This document shows, piece after piece, positions 45,052 to 54,237 of a stretch of DNA of 64,000 nucleotides. This DNA is from Pelagomonas calceolata. Taxonomy: Eukaryota. The position numbers were made by a program, and so were the translations under genes. Position 1 is the stretch's first letter. Every line of letters begins with the position of its first letter. The stretch covers positions 1,054,001 to 1,118,000 of the forward strand of contig CAKKNE010000001.1 in the NCBI GenBank assembly GCA_918797485.1. The letters run 5' to 3'. The notes beneath the pieces are model-generated. The model had not been told where the DNA came from and ran no database searches. It was given only the letters and a program-made list of their open reading frames with translations.

Positions 45052-46086
45052 TTACAGCCCCAACTGGCCCTTCAGCCCGCCGTCGGCGGCCATCTCCTGG
45101 ACGATGTCCAGGCCCCCCACCAACTCGCCGTCGACGTACAGCTGCGGATACGTCGGCCAGTCGCTGAACTTTTTGAGCCCCTGGCGCACGTCGTTGTCCG
45201 TCAAAATGTCGAAGGAGTCGAATTCTACACTATGCTCCCGCAGCAATGCCACGATCGTGCGGGAAAAGCCGCAGCGCTCGTTGTCGGGCGAGCCCTTCAT
45301 GAACAGCATGCACTTCGATTGACTCGTGAGGGCCTTCAGCCTTTCGTTCAATGCTGTTTCCTCGTCCTGGCCGTCGATGATGTTATCATCGATGGGCTTC
45401 AGGTCGAGCTGTCCCTTCAGATCGCCTTCCGCGACCATTTCCTTCAAAATGTCCAGGCCACCGACGAGTTCCCCGTTCGCGTAGAACTGGGGGTACGTCG
45501 GCCAGTCGCTGAACTTCTTCAGGCCTTGGCGCACTTCTTCGTCCGTCAATATGTCGAAATGTGAAAAAGGTACGGACGCCTCCCGCAGCAACTCCACGAT
45601 CTGCCGCGAGAAGCCGCATCGCGGCGTATCGGGACTCCCCTTCATGAAGAGCATGCCCGGCGCGCCACTTATCAACTGCTTGAGTCGCAATTCTAATCTT
45701 GTTTTTGCGACGGCTTCGGCGTCCGACGGCGTCGTCGGGACGCTTTCTCGCTTCGCGAATTCTTGCAGGGTCTCGTTCACTAGAGCAGCTGAAGGCGCCT
45801 CGTGCGTCGCGACCGTAGTATTATTCTCTCGCAGCAGTAGGGTAGGTAAAGCCTCGACGTCGAACGCGTCCGCTAAAGCTTCGCACGTGTCGGCGTCGGC
45901 CGTCGCGAGGGTGACGGTGCCGTAGGTCTTTTTAGATGCTGCTTCCGTGAGGAGTTGGGTGAGCTGCTGCGAGGGCGGGTCCCAGTCCGCGCCGAAGAGG
46001 ACGGCTACCTTGCCGCTGCCTAGAGCGGTGAGGGAGGCTTCATCTGTGAGGGCGGTGAGCTCGGTCGTGGCGGCGAGTTCGGCCAT
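45052..46086 (-). CDS. GLRX3: Monothiol glutaredoxin (PICOT/Grx3 type): Trx + two CGFS Grx domains
   Basis: FGADW Trx-like domain; two MLFMKG.P....CGFSR...RQGLKKFSDWPTYPQ...GGLDI domains. Confidence 0.92.
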   Translation of the reverse strand: MAELAATTELTALTDEASLTALGSGKVAVLFGADWDPPSQQLTQLLTEAASKKTYGTVTLATADADTCEALADAFDVEALPTLLLRENNTTVATHEAPSAALVNETLQEFAKRESVPTTPSDAEAVAKTRLELRLKQLISGAPGMLFMKGSPDTPRCGFSRQIVELLREASVPFSHFDILTDEEVRQGLKKFSDWPTYPQFYANGELVGGLDILKEMVAEGDLKGQLDLKPIDDNIIDGQDEETALNERLKALTSQSKCMLFMKGSPDNERCGFSRTIVALLREHSVEFDSFDILTDNDVRQGLKKFSDWPTYPQLYVDGELVGGLDIVQEMAADGGLKGQLGL

Positions 46087-46609
46087 CGTGCTCGGCGCAG
46101 GCGCGCAGCGATGGCGTACGAATGAGCCTCTTTGTCCTGCTGGTCAGAGAGGCTTTCCTCCCGGAGTTATTATCTCAAAACAAGCCGCGCCTCTCTGAAA
46201 ATACCCGTCCCGTTTAGCCAGAAGCCAAATCATACGTCTCCGACTTGAGACGGTCGCTGGAGGCTGCCACGAAGACGGCTAAGACGACGCAAGGGACGGC
46301 TGCGACTTTCGGCATCGGCCTCGACTAAATATTTTCAGGTCCGTTTTGGGCTGTGACCGCTCATCGTAGCGGCCTTATCGCTGCAAAAAAAAGCCGGGAG
46401 CAGTGCCAAAAATCCTCCATCGCATCGCTGTTGCAACGCGGTTGTAAAACAAGCCGCGCGCGATTGCATACCAACACACAGGCTGTCGGCATCCCCTCGG
46501 ACGCCGCGACAGCAAAACGGCGACCAGCCTCGGCGTCGCGTTGATTGACAAAACGGCCGCCCGCCGCGGCCGCGTCGGCGACATCACGGCCTATCGACGG
46601 AGGAGTTCG

Positions 46610-47962
46610 ATGGCGGCCCGGCCGCAGACGCGGAAGCGGTCGCGGCTGACGCTCTGCGTGGGCCTGGCGGTCGGTTTAGCCTTGTTCTTCTACCTGATGA
46701 GCGGGTCGCCGACGGACATCGTCGACGAACGGACCCCGGACTACGGTAAAGCGGGCTGGCGCTACCTGACCATCGTCGACGCGGGAAGTTCGGGATGTAG
46801 AGCCCACGTCTTTAGGTGGCGACCGGCGCCGCACGGCGTCGACGTGGACCCGAGGCATCCTAACCTCAAAGTGAAGCCGGGGCTCTCGACGTTCGAGTCG
46901 CATCCGTCGGATGCGGGCGCCTCCTTGAAGCCCATGCTCGACTTCGTGCTGAACGAGATCCCCGAGGACCAGTGGAGTTCCTCGCCTATTTTGCTCAAGG
47001 CGACGGCGGGCCTGAGGATGGTCGCGGAAGGTCCCCGCGAGCAGATCCTCGAAAGTGTCAGAGACGCGTTGGCTGCCTCACCGCTCAAGTTTGATGATAG
47101 GAAGAAAGGAGCCAGAGTCATCGCCGGCACGGACGAGGGCGGCTACGGCTGGATGTCCGTCAACTACCTGTTAGGTAATCTCCATGGAGACGCGGAACCG
47201 TCGGACTTCGTCGGCGTCGTCGAGATGGGCGGCGCGTCGGCGCAAGTCACGCAGATCGCCTCGAAGCAGGTGCCGGAGGGCTACGGGTTCTCGTTTGTGA
47301 TGGGCACGAAGACGTACAAGTTGTATACGCATAGCTACCTGGGCTATGGCCTGGAGCAAGCGCGGGAGAAGCTCTCTGCGGAACTCGCTTCCAATAGAAA
47401 GAGTGTCGAGGATCCGTGCCTGAACGACGGCTTCAAGCGCCCGGAGCCGCGGAACGACGTGTATGATGGCCACGCCTCATTACCAGTGACCGGCAAAGGC
47501 GACGCCGCTTCATGTAGGAAAGTTATTGAATCTGCCTTGTTCTCTTTGAGAGGCTCTTGCGCCTACCAGAGCTGTTCCTTCGACCCCAACGTCTACCAGC
47601 CGTCCGACCTGGCCTCGGGTAGACTATTGGCTTTCGAGAACTTTTACTATACGGGCCAGATGCTGGGCGTGCCGCGGCCCGACGCGTCACCTAGAGATTT
47701 TGGGACCGCAGCCACGGAGGCCTGCTCCATGTCCTGGAGCGCTTTGCAGTCTTCCGATATACCTAGAGACGGTTCGGGAAAAGAGGAGACGAACAAGCTC
47801 TGCTTCTCGGCGACGTACCTCGACTTATTCCTCGAGAAGGGCGTCGGCGTCGCGCCGGCGTCCACCGTCAAGGTCATGCAGCAGGTCGGCGAGCACGGCA
47901 TCGACTGGTCGCTCGGCGCGGCGATCTCGGAGGCGTCTTCGTTAAGGGCGAAGGAGGCTTGA
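46610..47962 (+). CDS. Apyrase / GDA1-CD39 nucleoside diphosphatase, type II membrane
   Basis: ACR motifs DAGSSG, KPGLS, ATAGLR, G.DEG.YGW..VNYL, EMGGASAQ, SYLGYG, WSLG. Confidence 0.92.
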   Translation: MAARPQTRKRSRLTLCVGLAVGLALFFYLMSGSPTDIVDERTPDYGKAGWRYLTIVDAGSSGCRAHVFRWRPAPHGVDVDPRHPNLKVKPGLSTFESHPSDAGASLKPMLDFVLNEIPEDQWSSSPILLKATAGLRMVAEGPREQILESVRDALAASPLKFDDRKKGARVIAGTDEGGYGWMSVNYLLGNLHGDAEPSDFVGVVEMGGASAQVTQIASKQVPEGYGFSFVMGTKTYKLYTHSYLGYGLEQAREKLSAELASNRKSVEDPCLNDGFKRPEPRNDVYDGHASLPVTGKGDAASCRKVIESALFSLRGSCAYQSCSFDPNVYQPSDLASGRLLAFENFYYTGQMLGVPRPDASPRDFGTAATEACSMSWSALQSSDIPRDGSGKEETNKLCFSATYLDLFLEKGVGVAPASTVKVMQQVGEHGIDWSLGAAISEASSLRAKEA

Positions 47963-48135
47963 GCTTTGGCGTGTCTAAGTGTTCACTTATGATCTTTTTG
48001 ACGCGCGCGTCGACGGCGTGATCCGGGGTGACGCACCTTGGGATTCAGGCGTCCGGCCTGAAAACAAACGTGGCATACACACTCACTGTTATACGAGGGG
48101 TTGTGGGGGTGGTTTTGGTGGTCAGTCCGCGCCGT

Positions 48136-48727
48136 TTAGCTCGAGGCCGCGGGCTTCATGGGTTCGGTGAGCCACGAGCGCTTAGGCGCCGCCCAGGCCA
48201 CGGGAAAGCGCGTCTTGACACCGATGATGTGGTCGCCCTTGATGAGCGTGCGGCGGTCGTGGTTCGCGATCGGCTCCGCGCCCGCCTGCGCGAGAAAAAG
48301 ATTTCATGACGCCTTTCTCGTCGTGTCGCCCCCCACGCCATCAACGCGACGTCAGCTTATCGGGTTCTTTCACACGGGAGCCGACGCGCGTCGCCTCATG
48401 AGCTACGTCGCTGATGGAACGTAGAGCGGCGAACTCGCGGTCCTCGCGCGCGCGGCGCTCCGAGCGCGCGCCGGCGCGGAGAGAGGCGAACCAGACTTCC
48501 GGAGCTGCGCCGCGGAGCCGGCGGCGGGCGGGCGTCGGCACGCGCGCCTTCGCGCCGATCATGTCCCGCGTCTGCTCGAGGGCGCTCGAGATCTCTGCGC
48601 CGCTCACGATCGCCGCGAACGAGAGGAGCGCGAGCGCGACGGCCGCGAGGAACACAGGCCGCGCGAGGCGCCGTCCGTGCGAGGCCGGCGCGGGCGCCAC
48701 TTCCTCGTGCGCGCGGCCTTCCTCCAT
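48136..48727 (-). CDS. Small hypothetical membrane protein, probably spliced
   Basis: ATG 48727, one TM helix, intron-like segment with CGCGTTGATGGCGT ending CGCGCAG near 48285; exon boundaries unresolved. Confidence 0.35.
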
Positions 48728-48911
48728 GGTGGCTTTTGCGTTTGGCGTCTGCTGGGGTGACTCGAACTTTTTGGTTGGCGGTTTCACGGCGCGCGCGCGG
48801 CTCTTGTGTGGTGACAAGGGGTCGAGAGACGACTCTGGCTCTCGCGGCAAACCACGCCGCGTTTTTTTGAGAGCCAAAAGTGGTCAAATAACGTTTCACA
48901 AATTGCGCGCA

Positions 48912-48932
48912 GCTAGCGGTGTAAGACACTAG
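48912..48932 (-). promoter_or_regulatory. Recurrent upstream motif
   Basis: GCTAGCGGTGTAAGACACTAG between divergent genes. Confidence 0.55.
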
Positions 48933-49110
48933 CAAGCCAGCCGGCATTTCACAAAGCAGCCCAGGAATTCATACAGGGACCAGGACAGCTCGTCTGCGTG
49001 CGCCTTATATAGCTCTCAAGACGTCACAGAGATTTTAGCTGCACCGCAGAGCTGTGCGGCTAGCCCCCAGGCTGCCTGGCCAAACCTGCGACTCGCCGCG
49101 GCCCGCGACG

Positions 49111-52100
49111 ATGCGCCGCAGCAACAGCGACAATTCCCAAGGCAAGGGACGGGGCCGCGGCGGCCGCCGCGACGGCCGCGGCCGCGGCTACTCGAACGTT
49201 AAACCGGAAAAGCGCGACGACGGCGGCGACGGCACCGTGTATCTAGCGACGGTCACGGAGCTCGCGTTGGACGCGCCGGCCCAAGGCGTCTTCGCGACGC
49301 TCAAGGCGTCGCGCGGCAGATACGACGGCCAGCGCTGTCTGTTGCGAGCACGGAACCAGCCCGCCGTCGAGGCCCTGCGGGTGAACGATATTTTAAGGGT
49401 CAAGTGCCGAAGCGACCGGCAGAACCGACTTGAAGGTAGATTGTGTCCGCCTCGCATCGGCACTACCGCTACGGGCACTGCGTCATCACCGAAGAAGCCC
49501 CTCTTGGTACTTGACTTAAATGGCGTCCTATGTGATCGAGGCACCTACGCGACGCGCGACGCGAAGCAGAAGAAGTCGATCAACCGACCACATGCGGCCC
49601 AATTCGTGCGGTGGTGCTACGAGCGGTTCGAGATTGGCGTGTGGTCTTGTGCCAAGCGCGACAACATGGACCTTTCACTATTTGAAGGGAGGGATTTGGT
49701 GCTGTGCTGGGACCAGCGCAAGTCGACGTCGCTGTGGCCGCGGACGTCGACCGTGAGTCCGCAGAAGCCCCTGTTCCTCAAGGAAATTGACCAGTTGTGG
49801 GCGTCGACGTTCGACGCGCCTCGGGATGAGGATCTGGGCGTGAGTGGCGACTGGCGCCGGAAAGTTGAGAAGCCGTCTGCCCCGAAGCTGACGCGGTACG
49901 ATGCTTCCACAACAGTATTGGTCGACAACCATCTGGAAAAGTTCGAGCGGAATCCCCTCGGGAGCTGTGTCTTGGTGCCGACGTGGACGGCCTCCGAGGA
50001 GTCCGATGCGGCGTTATCACTAGATGGTGACCTGTGTAGAACGTTGTCGCAGTACGCTACGGGCGACTGCCAGGAGACGGGCGAGAAGCTCGCCGGGAAC
50101 GGTATTGTTCCTAAAGAGCACCCGGCGCCTACTGATGATGATGTAAGAGCGGTGCAGGACTATGTGGCGCGGGGCTGCCCGGACGGGCCCTTGCATCCTT
50201 CGTTAGAAGCCTTGGCGAGCGCGCCGGCGCCGCCCCCGAGCGCGCGCGCCGAGGCGCCGCCGCCGCCCGTCAAGGCGCAGGAGGCGGCGCCGCCGCGCCC
50301 GCCTCAGAAATCGTCGCTGGTCAGTGATCGGAGCAGAACATGAACTTGAACGTGACGCGGTCGCGTCGATGGCGTCTTCGTGAGACCACACCGCCGCGAC
50401 GCCGTCGACAACGCGTCTCGCGAGAGAGCTGTGGCGGCGTCGGTCGCATCGATGGCGTCTTCACGAGACCACACCGCCGCGACGCCCTCTATTTCAACGC
50501 AGGAGCGCCTCGCGAGTCAACAGCAAGCACGGGGAGGCTTCGACGCGTCGCTAGCCAAGCGCTTCGCCGACCTCTACTGCTCGTCGCGCCAACATAAGAC
50601 GTCGTGCCCCGACTGGCCGCCCCGGAAGTATCTTGAGCGACGCGACTCGCCGGGGCCGCGGGCGCGACCTCTGAAACGACGAGACTTGGCCATGCTCCGG
50701 ACGCAGCGCTGGTTCGCGACCGAAAAGACGGACGGGGAACGGCACTGGCTCTGGGCCGACGCGGACGGTTGTCGGTTACTTTCCAGAGATCTGAGCGTCG
50801 CGAGGAGCTTCGGTCCCGTCCAAGGTTTATCCAGTGATACTATTCTGGACGGGGAGGTCGTCTCTGAATCTAACGGGAGGGAGTTCTTCGTGGCGTTTGA
50901 TGCCGTAAGGTGTCTCGGCGAGGACGTCGGGGCTCATCCAAACGCTCCTGCGAGGTTGAAGGCGTCCTCACGCGCATTTGAGTTGCTCTCGGACTTAGAC
51001 GGGTTACATGTAATAGCCAAGACCTATTATGGTGCCGATTTCGATATTCTGAGGAAGACGCTGGACACGGGCGTCTTCACCGATGGTTCTAGAAGCACGG
51101 AGTGCGACGGCGTCGTCTTGGCGTCGTATCGCGACAACCATGGGTACTACGACGCGGTGTGTTTCAAGTACAAGCCGCGCGTGACGCTAGATGTGAGGTT
51201 GAGGTCGGCGCCGAGGATCGGCGACATTGAGGCGTCCGTCCAGAACGGCCCGCACGACGTCACGGTCACGTCCGTCGCGATCGACGCCAAAGCTATGAAG
51301 CTTCTGAAGAGCGTGAAGCCGCCGCCGAAGGGCGTGCGAGGTCATATTGTCGAGTGCGAGTACATCGACGGGCTGTGGCGTATCCAAAGGATAAGGACAG
51401 ACAAGAAGAAGCCTAATTCATTGAGGACGGCCTGGGCCGTGTTGGAAAGTATCGCGGACCGAACGACCGTACAAGACTTAGCTGACGCTTTGGCACAAGC
51501 ATGGTCGCAGGATGACAACGCAATTGCAGCGGCAGAACACTACGACCAGCGGCAAAGGGATCGCAACGCCGGCAAACAACTGCAAGACCAGATGTATCGG
51601 CTGCGAAGGCTGAACAACTTCGTCAAGGCCCTCGTGTTGGACGCGTGTTGTGTGCGGCGGGACGCTGCCGCATCGGAGAGTTGTGATACGGCGTCCCTAC
51701 TGCGAGATTTGAGGAAGCCTGGGAAGTCGCGACGACCCGAGAGACGAGACCGAAAGCCCTGCGCAGTGTTGGAGCTCGGCTGTGGGAGAGGAGGCGACCT
51801 GGGGAAATGGAGGAAAGCAGTGGACGTCACCAAGCTCGTAGCGTGCGACATCTCGACGGTGGCACTCGATGAAGCGCGCGAACGGTGGGAGAAGGACGGG
51901 CCACCCCAGGGTAAATTTGTCGTCGGCGATTTGGGGGACGCGACGCTGGCCGCGAAGATCAAGGGCGAGGTGGGGGAGTGGAAGCCCTGGGCGGACGTGG
52001 CGTCGTGCCACTTTGCTTTACACTACGCTTGCGGGAGTCCTGAAAGAATAGATGCGCTGCTCGATTGCGTCGCGACGAACGTCAAGAGCGGTGGGGTGGT

Positions 52101-52542
52101 GGTGGCCACCATCATCGACTGGCTCCAACTAAGACAGCTGTTGGTGAATGGAGGGAGGATCGGCGACTTGTGTAAGGTCGAGTGCTCGGATGAAGCAAGG
52201 ACGCAATTGTTGCAATTACCCGATGAAAGCAGCGCGGGCCACCGCGCCTGGGGCGTCGAGTACAAGTTCACGCTGGGCGACGCCGTGCAGGACTGCGCGG
52301 AGTTCGTGGTGCACCGACCGTCGCTCATCGCGCGCGCGGCCGCGAAGGGTCTAAAATGCACGCTCGAGGCGCGCTTCGACTGCTTCTTGGATGGGGAGAG
52401 AAGGCGGCGGGGCCCGGCCTTCCTCGACCTGGCGACGAGCGTCGGCGTGCGGCCGAAGCATGCGAATGATGACGTTTTGAGTGATGACCAGTTCGCGGTG
52501 GCGTCCTTGTACTGCGTCGTGGCGTTCGTGCGCGAGGATTGA
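49111..52542 (+). CDS. mRNA capping enzyme fusion: FCP1/NIF-like HAD phosphatase + guanylyltransferase + cap guanine-N7 methyltransferase; intron 50320-50502
   Basis: HAD: LVLDLNGVL, RPH, GVWS, FLKEI, TVLVDN; GTase: KTDG, ILDGEV, FVAFDA, DGVVL, FKYKP, RTDKKKPN; MTase: HYD, LNNFVK, LELGCGRGGDLGKW, CHFALHY; phase-0 GTCAGT..ACGCAG intron joins the two ORFs. Confidence 0.8.
50320..50502 (+). other. Intron with an internal ~46-bp direct repeat of the shared intron motif
   Basis: CGGTCGC(G/A)TCGATGGCGTCTTC..GAGACCACACCGCCGCGACGCC occurs twice. Confidence 0.75.
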
Positions 52543-52897
52543 GGGCGTAAGTTCCCGCGTTCGGGTATTGAATCGGGTCTGCGTCGATGGCGTGGGCGCT
52601 TGAGTAGATCGCTTGAGTGCCGCGGCGGCCGCCGCGCGCCGTACTGCGGTACGCTGGGATTTCGGCGGCCTGCCGCTTCTGGGAGTACTCTTGGAGCAGA
52701 GCCCTGTTCGCGCGGAGGCTTCGGGCGGATCGCGGACGCTTGAGTTGCCCTCCAGAGTCGTGTTGGTCAGCGCTATTAGGCTTGGGCGAGGACGCGATTA
52801 AGCCGCACTGGAAGGAGAACGGACGCTGCATTATTAGTGCCGTAGCCACGTGCTAAGCCACCGCTTCGCAAAAACCGCGGACGACCGCCTGCTGGCC

Positions 52898-52998
52898 AAT
52901 AATCGCTGGCACCTCAACAGCCTCAGCAGTGTGGCGCGCGGCGCGAGAATAATCGCTGGCACCTCAACAGCATCAGCAGTGATGGCGCGCGGCGCGAG
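52898..52998 (+). repeat. 50/51-bp tandem duplication spanning a start codon
   Basis: AATAATCGCTGGCACCTCAACAGC.TCAGCAGTG(A)TGGCGCGCGGCGCGAG twice; only copy 2 keeps the ATG. Confidence 0.85.
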
Positions 52999-53944
52999 GA
53001 CCGCCGCCTACTGGGCCTTCATCGCTGCTAGCTCTGCAGCAGCCTCGACGGTCGAGCGGCGCCCTATGCGACCACCGCGCCTGCGCATCCGCGTGCCGCC
53101 GGTGGCGCCCCTGACGCCGCCGCGCGAGCGACCGACGCCGCCGCTGCCCGCGGCGAGCCGCATCGTCGAGGACATCGGCGACCCGGCCTCGTCGCTGCGC
53201 GCGGCCCAGGACGGCAACACGCGTCGGCTCGCGGAGCTCCAGGACGTCGGCTATTTACTCGAGCGCGTGCGGGACCGCAACGGGTGTAGTCTCACGCACC
53301 GCGCGGCGGGCTCGGGCCGGCTCGAGACGCTGGCCTGGCTATTAACGAGAACGGGCTGCCGCGCGGACCACGCGAGCGACGGCGGCAAGAAGGGCGCGAG
53401 AGGACGAACTCCCTTACATTTCGCGGCGCGCCACGGCCACGTCGCCTGCTGCCGGCTCCTCCACGAGCGCGGGGCGCTTATTGACGCGGAGACGGCCAGC
53501 GGCGTGACGCCCCTCATGTGGGCGGGCTACTACGGGTCGACGAACGCCGCGGCGTGGCTGCTGGACGCGGGCGCGGACCCGCTCTACAAAAACGCGAAGA
53601 CGGGTTGTAGTGTCGCGCACTGGTGCGCGGCCGGCGGCGACGTGCGCACGGCGCAGAAGTTGCTGGAGCTGGGCGTGCCGCGCGCGAGCTTCGCGGAACC
53701 GAACGCCGTCGGCCACACGCCACTCAACAAGGCCGCTGCGAAGGGCGAGGTCGCCATGGTCGACTTCCTCCTGGAGAGCATCGTGCCCCCGGCCAATCTG
53801 CTGCTCCGCGACCAGACGGGCCGCTCGGCCGCCGACGCCGCGGCTGACGCCGGGTTTCCCCACCTCGCGGCGCACCTGCGGTCCTTCGAGGACCGCGCCC
53901 TGGACGCGGCGCTGGCGCAGTACGGCGTGCCGCCGCCACCTTAA
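52982..53944 (+). CDS. Ankyrin-repeat protein with signal-like leader
   Basis: GRTPLHFAARHGH, GVTPLMWA, GHTPLNKAA. Confidence 0.8.
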   Translation: MARGARTAAYWAFIAASSAAASTVERRPMRPPRLRIRVPPVAPLTPPRERPTPPLPAASRIVEDIGDPASSLRAAQDGNTRRLAELQDVGYLLERVRDRNGCSLTHRAAGSGRLETLAWLLTRTGCRADHASDGGKKGARGRTPLHFAARHGHVACCRLLHERGALIDAETASGVTPLMWAGYYGSTNAAAWLLDAGADPLYKNAKTGCSVAHWCAAGGDVRTAQKLLELGVPRASFAEPNAVGHTPLNKAAAKGEVAMVDFLLESIVPPANLLLRDQTGRSAADAAADAGFPHLAAHLRSFEDRALDAALAQYGVPPPP

Positions 53945-54237
53945 CGTTGTTGTGTTTATACTTAGAACACTTGGGTACCGCGCGTCGCCGATTCGGCGGC
54001 GAACACGGACCGCGCCTTTCACAACAGCATACTTCCTTGTAGGCAGAAGCGCCTCGGCAAACGCTCCCGGGACAACGTGCAACGTTTCGTACGCGTGCGG
54101 GTCTCCATCCGGCAGCGCCTCGATCGAGCTGCCGCCCAGTAGTGAAGCTGCAGTGCGGGTCCCGGCTCAAGCCAGCACGCTAGTGAAGGATAGGCAGCCG
54201 CCAGCTGAATCGAGGCAGCCCTACAGGCAGCACCAAA

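Noticed and set aside
49111..52542. Endogenous giant-virus insertion suggested by the multi-domain capping enzyme
   Set aside because: Host-type intron, host-like GC, the host upstream motif and housekeeping neighbours; no viral core genes in the window
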